A DNA stretch of 16,021 nt from a virus (lineage: Duplodnaviria > Heunggongvirae > Uroviricota > Caudoviricetes): the IMG/VR virus record IMGVR_UViG_2713896902_000004. One strand, given 5' to 3'. Below, in pieces: positions 8,234-15,673 of this stretch. Below the pieces are notes generated by a model. The model had not been told where the DNA came from and ran no database searches. It saw only the letters and a list, made by a program, of their open reading frames with translations. Made by a program: the position numbers and the translations under genes. Within the stretch, counting starts at the first letter, position 1, and each line of letters begins with the position of its first letter.

Positions 8234-10608
8234 CAGGCATACCCCCGGCGCTGTTGTTGCGCCATTACGTCGTTAATCATTCTTTCCAGTTCGCGTTTAC
8301 TTATCGTCAACACGTTCTGAATGTCTTTAGTGGTGTTTTGTCCGTTACTCTGCACGGTAATTTGTGGCGAAAAATTCACCTGAACTTTTCCAGAGGAACG
8401 GGAGGGTAGCGTCGCCGGTTTGGTTACAGATTTACCAGGTAAAGAGGCCGATGCGGGTTTGGCTGCTGTATTTTTTGCCGCTGGTGTCGATGGCGACGTT
8501 GTCGTTTTACTGGATGGCGCGAGTTGTTTGCCCACAGGAGGCGTTAAAATCGCTCCGGCAACGCCTGGAACAACGGTCGTGGGGGAGATTGATGCGGTAT
8601 TCGTCGTGCTTGTAACAGCCGTAGCCGATCCTTCTGTGCTAATACCCATCGTGGTTTTTAGCCAGTCCGGTAAGGCGTTTTTGACCTGATCAATAATGCC
8701 TTTCAGAGCGGGGAAAGCATTCATTATGCCGTCAACCAGACTGCCCAGAAGATTGCTGCCGAACTCGCTAAAACTTGCAGGCATCTCGATACCAAACCAA
8801 TTCATCACACTGGAAAAGGCGCTGTAGAACAACTCCAGCGGCGACCAGTCGAGAATTAACCGGCAAATCCCTGCAATGCCGCCGTCAAAGGCCGTGGTGA
8901 TACGTTGCCAGATGGCGGAAAAGAATCTGGAGATAGGTTCCCAGTGGCGATAGATCAGATAAGCAGCGCCCGCAATCGCGGTGATGACCAGACCAATGGG
9001 ATTCATCAATAAAACTCTACCCAACCAGAAGACGGTCTGACCTGCCAGTTTCAATGCGCCAATCAGGCCACGGCCAAGCAGTTGCGTTAGCCATTTTGCG
9101 CCGTTATATAATGACTTAACCGCTGATAGCATCTTACTTGCCGCGCCTGTGAGCGTCAGACTTGCCCTGACTTTCAGGAAGATATCGACCAGACGAATAA
9201 ACGGCGAGGCGATGACGTTCGCGCCCAGCTTTAAAACATTCAGTGCGCCGTTAAACAGCCAAATCGCTCCGACGATTTTCGCAATGTTTTGCACCAGCGC
9301 CGGGTGTTCACGTAGCCAGGCGCTGAACTGGCGAATCACCGGAGTAAGGCTTTGCGCCAACTCGCCAATCAGCGGCATTAATTGCAAGCCAATGCTGAGC
9401 CATAAATCATTTAACGCCAGTTGTAACGTTTTAGTTTGTTCAATGGGCGAGGCCATCTGCACAGAAAAATCGTTGTCAATCATATTCTTACCGCTGTCTT
9501 GCATGGCGGAGGCTTTTAACTGGCGATACTCTTCCATATTCGCCAGCACAGGTGCCAGGAATTCCACTGTTTGCGCATCGCCGAACATTTCGCCCAGATT
9601 AAATTGCGTCACCATCGATTGCAGTGCGTTGCTGCGAGCAGATAAATCTTCAATTTGCATGGTGCGTTTGAAGGTGTCGAGGATCGCCGGATTCATCTTC
9701 TCAAGTTGCGTTTGCACGATATGAATCATGGCTTCGCTAACACCCATGCCGTTTTGCTGATGTTCAAGCAGAGAGCCTTGCAGATCGACGCCCTGGCTGA
9801 CGAACCAGTTATCGGTTTTTTTCGAAAAGATGGTTTGCAGAAAGTGGTCGAAATTCTCCGCCGCCACACTGGCGCTGGCACCATTTTTCATTGCGATCTG
9901 CATTGTGGCGGTCAGTTCAGCCATACCTTCTAAACCCTGTGCGCCAGTTTTAACTGCAAATTTGTCTATCCACTGCGCTTGCCCGGCAACGGTAGGCCCA
10001 CCGTTTTTGCTAATGCCGTACATCATGTTTTGCGCGGCGTGGAAATTTTCTGGCGCAATATTCAGTCGATCATGAGTCGCGAGCGCGGCATTCGCCCATG
10101 TTTCAGCACTTTCGCGCGTGGTGGTGGCTGCTTTGGCGATCTCCGGCATATAACGGTTGAGATCCTGCATCGACGACAAATTACCTTCGATTAGCACCTG
10201 GGCTGCGTTCTGTAAGGTGGTCTGCTGCTGGTTAAAATCCATACTCCAGTCGCGCAGATTAAGGCTGAGTGTCTCGCGGGTTGTATCATTCATCCCACCT
10301 TTGGTCGCCAAATTGACCATGTTGTCCTGAAACTCATACGGCAACTTCCAGTCAGGGACTTCAACATTGAATACTTTGCTAAATTGCCCGGCAAATGTTT
10401 GGGTTTTCTCCATCAGATCAGCGCGGTTTCGGCTATTTTCCTCCAGGCGGAGAGCGGAATCGGCAAGTTGCTGCGTTAGTTTGATTACTGCCGCTTGCTG
10501 AGAAGAGAGTGCTAACAATGTTCTGGCGTTGAGTGAGCCGTAACGGGCTATTGCCTGCGTCAACGTCTCATTACGCGTCTGAAGCTGGGTAATAATATCG
10601 TTGGCCAA
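8233..10608 (-). CDS. Tail tape measure protein
   Basis: 791 aa, largest gene of the module, directly after the chaperone gene; alpha-helical N-terminal half, several hydrophobic segments in the middle, Ser/Thr/Pro-rich low-complexity C-terminal region. Annotated start is TTG with AAGAGA upstream. Confidence 0.8.
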   Translation of the reverse strand: MANDIITQLQTRNETLTQAIARYGSLNARTLLALSSQQAAVIKLTQQLADSALRLEENSRNRADLMEKTQTFAGQFSKVFNVEVPDWKLPYEFQDNMVNLATKGGMNDTTRETLSLNLRDWSMDFNQQQTTLQNAAQVLIEGNLSSMQDLNRYMPEIAKAATTTRESAETWANAALATHDRLNIAPENFHAAQNMMYGISKNGGPTVAGQAQWIDKFAVKTGAQGLEGMAELTATMQIAMKNGASASVAAENFDHFLQTIFSKKTDNWFVSQGVDLQGSLLEHQQNGMGVSEAMIHIVQTQLEKMNPAILDTFKRTMQIEDLSARSNALQSMVTQFNLGEMFGDAQTVEFLAPVLANMEEYRQLKASAMQDSGKNMIDNDFSVQMASPIEQTKTLQLALNDLWLSIGLQLMPLIGELAQSLTPVIRQFSAWLREHPALVQNIAKIVGAIWLFNGALNVLKLGANVIASPFIRLVDIFLKVRASLTLTGAASKMLSAVKSLYNGAKWLTQLLGRGLIGALKLAGQTVFWLGRVLLMNPIGLVITAIAGAAYLIYRHWEPISRFFSAIWQRITTAFDGGIAGICRLILDWSPLELFYSAFSSVMNWFGIEMPASFSEFGSNLLGSLVDGIMNAFPALKGIIDQVKNALPDWLKTTMGISTEGSATAVTSTTNTASISPTTVVPGVAGAILTPPVGKQLAPSSKTTTSPSTPAAKNTAAKPASASLPGKSVTKPATLPSRSSGKVQVNFSPQITVQSNGQNTTKDIQNVLTISKRELERMINDVMAQQQRRGYA

Positions 10609-10708
10609 AATTGTTTCTCTTATAGATTGGTGATGGCCCGCTGGTTAGTTTTCTGAAAAATGGGCTGGGAAGAAATAAACCTGGCGAGCTTTGAAGAACT
10701 CGCAGACA

Positions 10709-10930
10709 TCAGGTCTGCGAGTCATATTCGATTTTTATTTGAGCGCTGGCTTCATCCAGCCAGTGACTAAAGTCATCTATCGTGAGCGAGTCAATCTCAC
10801 TGGGTGGAAAGCGAAACCATCTCGCCAGTAGCGCCATTGCCTGCCATAGCAAGGGGGGATTCTGTAGCCACGGTAAGCATGGATTGAAATCGTTTCTGCA
10901 ACGCCTGGTAATCCAGCAAATCCATTTCAG
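10709..10930 (-). other. Open +1-frame window overlapping the 3' end of the chaperone gene; candidate programmed-frameshift extension (gpE'-like)
   Basis: Relative to the chaperone frame, the +1 frame is open from 10930 to a TGA at 10709-10711, running about 29 codons past the chaperone stop (…FPPSEIDSLTIDDFSHWLDEASAQIKIEYDSQT). A C6 run (10853-10858; TCC CCC CTT in frame 0, CCC CCC TTG in +1) is a possible slip site. The -1 frame closes 8 codons after the chaperone stop. Confidence 0.35.
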
Positions 10931-11114
10931 CTAAATCTTCTGGTACCAGCCCGGTCATCGCTGCCATTAGCGGTTCATCCCATTCTTCCGGCTTTTCGCT
11001 GACCCGGCGTGCATTACGCATATCTTTGACTTTCAGGCGACGTAATTGTAGCGTGTCGATATTATTTCCTGCTGCCGACGTAAAGGGAAACTGTAAGATA
11101 TAATGCTCTTTCAT
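10797..11114 (-). CDS. Tail assembly chaperone (P2 gpE-like)
   Basis: 105 aa between the tube and tape-measure genes; …LQLRRLKVKDMRNARRV…LMAAMTGLVPEDLAEMDLLDYQALQKRF… resembles the gpE family; AAGGA Shine-Dalgarno upstream. Confidence 0.7.
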   Translation of the reverse strand: MKEHYILQFPFTSAAGNNIDTLQLRRLKVKDMRNARRVSEKPEEWDEPLMAAMTGLVPEDLAEMDLLDYQALQKRFQSMLTVATESPLAMAGNGATGEMVSLSTQ

Positions 11115-11140
11115 TTTGTATCCTTATTTATTTTTCGGAG

Positions 11141-11160
11141 TTCGGGGCCGTAGCCCCGAA
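11141..11160 (-). other. GC-rich intercistronic stem-loop between the tube and chaperone genes
   Basis: TTCGGGGC-CGTA-GCCCCGAA, perfect 8-bp stem with 4-nt loop, starting 4 nt after the tube stop; no U-tract follows on the minus strand. Confidence 0.4.
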
Positions 11161-11164
11161 TAAC

Positions 11165-11689
11165 TTAGCCACCGATGTTATTGCGATAGGTACTTAATTG
11201 ATCCACGCCGTTAACGCGGAAAATATTCGCCATATAATCCAGTTCAAGCAGCGTTTCACCATCGACTACTTGTTTAATATAAGTGCAGCCAAAGGCGCTG
11301 CTGAATTCCGGGTTTTCATTCTGTTTAAATGTGCCCAGTGGATTTTTTTTAAACATCACGGTTAAATGTGTGACTAACGCTAATTGATTCGCTTTCCCCT
11401 GAGAGTTATAACAATCGATACTGGAGCGACACTGTAATGCTACAGCCTGCCACGGGTTTGCCGTTTTACGCATTACGTCCTGGTAAAAGGAGTTCCATTT
11501 AATTTCCCCCTCCAGTTTATCGAAACCAGCCGGGAGTTCTATTTTACCCACCATGCCCAGTGCTTTATGTTCCTGCATAATTAAACTGACATCTGGCAAT
11601 TTAATTTCTGTTGCACGGCCTAAAAGATTATTACCATCGAGATAAATATTGGCGTTGGTAATACGGTTAATTTGAATTTTTCCAGCCAT
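11165..11689 (-). CDS. Tail tube protein (P2 FII-like)
   Basis: 174 aa immediately after the sheath gene with a 1-nt overlap; size and sequence character of contractile-tail tube proteins. Confidence 0.8.
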   Translation of the reverse strand: MAGKIQINRITNANIYLDGNNLLGRATEIKLPDVSLIMQEHKALGMVGKIELPAGFDKLEGEIKWNSFYQDVMRKTANPWQAVALQCRSSIDCYNSQGKANQLALVTHLTVMFKKNPLGTFKQNENPEFSSAFGCTYIKQVVDGETLLELDYMANIFRVNGVDQLSTYRNNIGG

Positions 11690-13116
11690 TAGCGATTGCT
11701 CTCCAGAGAGACTAAATATTCAGAGGTAATTTCAGTTTCAAACGTCAGACGTTCCAGCGGCGGCGGTGGGGTAAATTTATAGCTGAGCAATAAATGCCCG
11801 GCACTGAGTTCAGCCGGTGAATTTCGCGCCGGATCGTACCAGCACTCAAAGCCAAGCAGTGCGCCGTCGGCAATCAGTTTTCGGCCCCAGGTATTTACCG
11901 ATTCGGTCAGCGCGTCAATCAGTGCCTGATTGATCGGCATATCAATATACTGTTGACTGAAATAACGGATTGACTCATTAATTACATCGCCTGTCCGGCG
12001 AACGTTTTCAAAGTTACGCATATGAGTCACGGTTGGCCATGCCGCTGTGCGGTTGCCCCACAGGCGCAGACCAGAACCATAACTATTGAAAATAGTGGTA
12101 ATACCGTTTTCGTTGAGCTGATTCACTTCGCTTTGTGGATCATCAATCATTGCGGAAAGCGAACGTTCGATACCGGTAATACCCTGAATTTCCTGGTTTG
12201 AGTTGCTCCACCAGAAACCTTTTTCGAGGTCTACTTTGGCACGTAGCCCGGCAGCGCGCGAAGAGAGAGGTTCAAGAATTTCCTGGTTAGTGATGCCATC
12301 GTAAACTTTGACGTGTGGGTAGCATAAACGTGCACGATCAGAGCTGGTATTGAAGTTGATTGCGCCTTGCGAACCGCGTCCAGCCAATACCTGCTGGAAT
12401 GTAGTCCCAATTGGGGCATCAATGTAGGTAATCGCACCGAGTTTTTCCGCTTGTGCAATCAGCTCGGTAGTCACTGATTTTTGCGTACAAAAAACGGGTG
12501 CCAGCAGAATTTTGGCGTAGAAACCATACAAGTTATAAGTGTCCTGAAGGAGCCTCATCCCCGTGCGATCGCCTGCGGTATTAACGGCCCCGATAATATC
12601 GGCTGCGGTGACCTTTGTAGGGTCAACATAGGTATAAGTCGCGTAAACCTTTGCTCCTGCCGCAATTTCAGTTCCTGTACGGGTAATAACGCCGTCAGCG
12701 GCATTAACGCTGTATGATGTATTTTTGTATGTAGTGGAACTGATACTTGCTCTTAGCGTTACCGAACTTACCCCCGGATGAGTTAATTTAGCTTTATCGT
12801 CACTATTGAACGTAATGGTTTCATTGGTAATGTGTAGTCCATGTTTTACTGGATCCAGCACATTAATTACCACCACTGTACCGGCACCGTGATCATAAAT
12901 CGCCTTCAGCGCCTGCGGGATCGTAAAGTTAGCCTGAGTCGATCCAAACTGTGCCGCGTCACTTTCAGAAAGGCACAGCGTCGGTTGGTTTACCGGGCCA
13001 CAGGGAGCGGTACCGATTAAAGCGATTACAGCAGATTTTACTGCTTTTACCGGACGCGGGCCGGTTTCAATTTCAATGGTTTCTACACCGTGCAGATAAT
13101 TAGCTGCCATGTACAA
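11689..13116 (-). CDS. Tail sheath protein
   Basis: 475 aa; C-terminal conserved sheath motif (…GSGLRLWGNRTAAWP…); followed by tube gene with overlapping stop/start. Confidence 0.9.
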   Translation of the reverse strand: MYMAANYLHGVETIEIETGPRPVKAVKSAVIALIGTAPCGPVNQPTLCLSESDAAQFGSTQANFTIPQALKAIYDHGAGTVVVINVLDPVKHGLHITNETITFNSDDKAKLTHPGVSSVTLRASISSTTYKNTSYSVNAADGVITRTGTEIAAGAKVYATYTYVDPTKVTAADIIGAVNTAGDRTGMRLLQDTYNLYGFYAKILLAPVFCTQKSVTTELIAQAEKLGAITYIDAPIGTTFQQVLAGRGSQGAINFNTSSDRARLCYPHVKVYDGITNQEILEPLSSRAAGLRAKVDLEKGFWWSNSNQEIQGITGIERSLSAMIDDPQSEVNQLNENGITTIFNSYGSGLRLWGNRTAAWPTVTHMRNFENVRRTGDVINESIRYFSQQYIDMPINQALIDALTESVNTWGRKLIADGALLGFECWYDPARNSPAELSAGHLLLSYKFTPPPPLERLTFETEITSEYLVSLESNR

Positions 13117-13297
13117 TTTCCTCTACGTTATTTTGTTCTTCCTGGGGAATGATGAGAATCAAGTGATTTCGGGCAATCATGGTCATAACCCACTCATTGT
13201 CTTCTGGCAGATCAATTTCACTGTTCGGCCATAATAAGATTTCTTGACCGTCGGCAAGGGTGACGCCGCTTGCCGGACCGTTGTAGATATATTTCAT
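13100..13297 (-). CDS. Small conserved phage protein preceding the sheath gene (Mu gp38/DUF2635-like by position)
   Basis: 65 aa; ATGA overlap with the upstream gene and 17-nt overlap with the sheath start; assignment by position and size only. Confidence 0.35.
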   Translation of the reverse strand: MKYIYNGPASGVTLADGQEILLWPNSEIDLPEDNEWVMTMIARNHLILIIPQEEQNNVEEIVHGS

Positions 13298-13749
13298 TCA
13301 GTTTCCTCGTAATTAACTTCAGTAAGCAGGGGAAGATCCGTGCTGTCCTGTTCAGCGATAAACAGCGAGCTGGTCGCCATTTCCAGGATGTAGCGGCAGA
13401 AACCGTCGCTCTCACCCGTATTAATTTCTTTTTCAAGCCAAATAAGATGATCGCAATCAGGAGGCTGAAGGCCTCCCAATGCGCTGCGTATGTGATCAAG
13501 TGCGTTTAACGCATCACAATTTTTGCCAACAATAACGGTGGCGGTTAAGCGGAGTATTTGCTGTTGTACAATGGCATCACTACTTTCGGGCGTGGTGAAG
13601 ACAGAACCGCTATAATTAATAATCACCGTAATCTGTTGTGTCTGTGGAATATATTTTTGGGCATCCGTAGATGAAATGAATATGTCCATTTCAGGATGCC
13701 GATCACGTAATCTGACCACGACATAATTCATTACAGATAAAATTTTCAT
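13294..13749 (-). CDS. Putative tail completion/terminator protein (Mu gp37-like by position)
   Basis: 151 aa, first gene of the tail block after the terminator at 13855-13891; coupled to the next gene by an ATGA overlap; assignment by synteny. Confidence 0.4.
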   Translation of the reverse strand: MKILSVMNYVVVRLRDRHPEMDIFISSTDAQKYIPQTQQITVIINYSGSVFTTPESSDAIVQQQILRLTATVIVGKNCDALNALDHIRSALGGLQPPDCDHLIWLEKEINTGESDGFCRYILEMATSSLFIAEQDSTDLPLLTEVNYEETE

Positions 13750-13854
13750 ATGAGGTGTACCTTAATTACCGCTCACTTCGTTATCGTTGAAATGTATTCT
13801 GAAGCAGTGAGAGTGAAGAATCTTTTAATGTGATTTAGAGAAAAAATTGAATGG

Positions 13855-13891
13855 TTATAAAAAATCCCCACACTTACGTAAAGGTGGGGAT
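13855..13891 (-). terminator. Intrinsic terminator after the lysis cassette
   Basis: On the minus strand, 4 nt after the stop of the 104-aa gene: ATCCCCAC…GTGGGGAT (8-bp stem with a partly self-pairing 12-nt loop) followed by TTTTTTATAA. Confidence 0.55.
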
Positions 13892-13895
13892 GTAT

Positions 13896-14210
13896 TTAAT
13901 AACTGCCACGTTGTAATAACTCTATTTTGCTATATAAGGCATCCAGCTTTGCTTCTAATACTGCTTGTCCACGAAGATAATCCTCTCTGCGGACATAATA
14001 CAGTGGAAGTTCGGCACGAAATTCGAGAAATTCTCTTTCCAGTTTCGACCAGCTTGTTTCTGATTCCCTGCGGGCATTTTCCAGGGACTCAAAACGCTCA
14101 TTAAGTCTTTTTTCAATTTGCGCTAACAGCAATTTTCCGGCAGCAAACATTAATCCAACGAATGAAAGCATAAAGGAGATCACTTCCCAAAAATCGATAC
14201 TGAGTTTCAT
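13896..14210 (-). CDS. Membrane-anchored coiled-coil protein, possible i-spanin (Rz-like) or lysis accessory protein
   Basis: 104 aa; N-terminal hydrophobic helix (ISFMLSFVGLMFAAGKLLLAQI) followed by a charged helical region; immediately after the transglycosylase gene. Confidence 0.4.
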   Translation of the reverse strand: MKLSIDFWEVISFMLSFVGLMFAAGKLLLAQIEKRLNERFESLENARRESETSWSKLEREFLEFRAELPLYYVRREDYLRGQAVLEAKLDALYSKIELLQRGSY

Positions 14211-14222
14211 CGGCCCCTCTGA

Positions 14223-14828
14223 TTAGTGAAGACAGCTTGCCTGTCCCCAGAGTAAGTAGCGGGCGGCGTGTTGATAGAGAATCATCTTCGGATAGTGACG
14301 ATTTTCTCGCCAGTTTGCGGCGCTGCGCCCGGCGTTGACTTGCTCAACATGACCAAACCAGATGGCGGCATTTAACCCTTTTGTTGTCGCCAGTTTTTTA
14401 TCCCGGTTAATCCAACCCTGACCACCGTTATAGGCGCTTAGAGTAAACGCCATACGTTGACAATCATTTTTTGCAGAGATGTTGTTCCATAAATGCTGGT
14501 CGTACTGTACCAACGCCCGGATTGCCCAGGTTGGGTTATACGGTTTGTTTTCATGTAGCTGTGGATACAGTTGGCTTATCCATGTCGCTGTGGCAGGCAT
14601 AAATTGCGCCATACCTTGTGCGCCAACGGGGGAACGTACCATTGGCTGCCAGGCGGACTCCTGGTGTAATTGCCCGGCAAAGTCAGCCACAGGAGCGTTC
14701 AGTCCCCAGACTTCTCGGGCGGTACGAATCAATTCATTTCTCCATGCCAGAGAGGCTTGTGGTGGTTCAGACGCATTAAGCGGGAAAAGAACGAAAATAA
14801 TCATAGGCGCGATATATTTTAGCCACAT
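14223..14828 (-). CDS. Lytic transglycosylase (SLT-domain endolysin candidate) with N-terminal signal peptide
   Basis: SLT catalytic motifs: …QLHQESAWQ… (catalytic Glu-Ser), …GAQGMAQFMPATA…, …AYNGGQGW…. The longest ORF runs to 14927 but the likely start is the ATG at 14826-14828 (MWLKYIAPMIIFVLFPLNA, Sec-type signal peptide), 2 nt after the upstream stop. Confidence 0.85.
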   Translation of the reverse strand: MWLKYIAPMIIFVLFPLNASEPPQASLAWRNELIRTAREVWGLNAPVADFAGQLHQESAWQPMVRSPVGAQGMAQFMPATATWISQLYPQLHENKPYNPTWAIRALVQYDQHLWNNISAKNDCQRMAFTLSAYNGGQGWINRDKKLATTKGLNAAIWFGHVEQVNAGRSAANWRENRHYPKMILYQHAARYLLWGQASCLH

Positions 14829-14830
14829 CA

Positions 14831-15118
14831 CTATAGCCCTAACGCGACGGAAAGGCAGACTGCAGCCACGATGATGGCGCGACGAATCATTGCCGCTGCG
14901 TAGCAACGCGGTTCCTTCCTGGGGCAAAAAAAGTCAGGCCGTGCCCAGGGGAACAAACTACGATCGAGCCAGTATCCCAGCACTGCGGAAAGTGAAACCA
15001 GGCTTAGTTTATAAATGACGACCGGAATTTGTGCTGAAGATGTCCAGCCGATCAATGCAATCAGAGCAATGGCTGCAGCCAGCCAACCGGAAAGACGGGG
15101 AAAAGTGATTTTTTTCAT
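14831..15118 (-). CDS. Holin-like small membrane protein
   Basis: 95 aa with 2-3 predicted transmembrane helices; strong AGGAG 8 nt upstream of the ATG; first gene of the lysis cassette, tightly coupled to the transglycosylase gene. Function by position only. Confidence 0.4.
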   Translation of the reverse strand: MKKITFPRLSGWLAAAIALIALIGWTSSAQIPVVIYKLSLVSLSAVLGYWLDRSLFPWARPDFFCPRKEPRCYAAAMIRRAIIVAAVCLSVALGL

Positions 15119-15434
15119 ACGATATCTCCTGATAAGTGAGATACCAGTGTCTGCTTATCTCTTTGCTGAAGAATGAAAAAAGCTTTAATAAATAACTTTA
15201 AAAAATGTGTTCTCTTCGAATTAACATGTTCGCCAATTAATCTCCCAACTCAAAATAGAGAACTAAGGATAAAATGGCTGCCAGTTAGATAAATCCTGCG
15301 TTATGTGTAATGAAGGGGATGACATATTGCAATCATGGTCGTTACTTATTTGATTTTTAAAGTTTGTTTAAAAAAATCCTCGACTGTGAGGGAAACGAGC
15401 TTTTTGAAAAGTAGGCGATAAAAATGATAAATAG

Positions 15435-15454
15435 CACTGTATATGTATACAGTA
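15435..15454. promoter_or_regulatory. LexA (SOS) box
   Basis: CACTGTATATGTATACAGTA matches the E. coli LexA consensus TACTGTATATATATACAGTA at 18/20 with intact CTGT-N8-ACAG. Overlaps a possible minus-strand promoter (-35 TTTACA, 16-nt spacer, -10 TACAGT) and lies just downstream of a possible plus-strand promoter (-35 TTGAAA 15404-15409). Confidence 0.6.
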
Positions 15455-15673
15455 TCGTGTAAAATGGCACTCCTGTTGATAAGACATGTAATGAAAATAA
15501 TATATTTGTTTTGTGAATTTATAATTCGTTTTAATTTTTATTGCATATACATTGTGATTATTTATTTGCGTGTTGAATGTATTGAAAAGCAGTAATTGCA
15601 CCAACTTAGCGGATATCCGTGGTGTAACTCACATCAGAGTCCATACAGGGTGCAAGATATATGGAGATGAAAA

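Noticed and set aside
8364-10194. Several 70-190-aa plus-strand ORFs (8364..8615, 8420..8689, 9149..9724, 9655..9933, 9830..10075, 9979..10194)
   Set aside because: All lie antisense inside the tape measure gene, overlap one another in different frames, and have low-complexity or Cys-rich translations.
14479-14874. 131-aa plus-strand ORF
   Set aside because: Antisense to the lytic transglycosylase gene, which carries clear catalytic motifs; Cys-rich improbable translation.
14829-14927. N-terminal 33 codons of the longest transglycosylase ORF (MPQEGTALLRSGNDSSRHHRGCSLPFRRVRAIV)
   Set aside because: This stretch overlaps the 3' end of the holin-like gene in another frame. The ATG at 14826-14828 begins a typical signal peptide 2 nt after the holin stop, so the shorter form is taken as the real start.
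15131-15158. Short inverted repeat GATAAG…CTTATC between the holin RBS and upstream region
   Set aside because: 6-bp arms separated by 16 nt; too short to distinguish from chance in AT-rich DNA without comparative data.
15368-15604. 78-aa minus-strand ORF in the intergenic control region
   Set aside because: Very AT-rich with no ribosome-binding site and a composition typical of random AT-rich DNA; it spans the LexA box and putative promoters, so the region is more plausibly regulatory.
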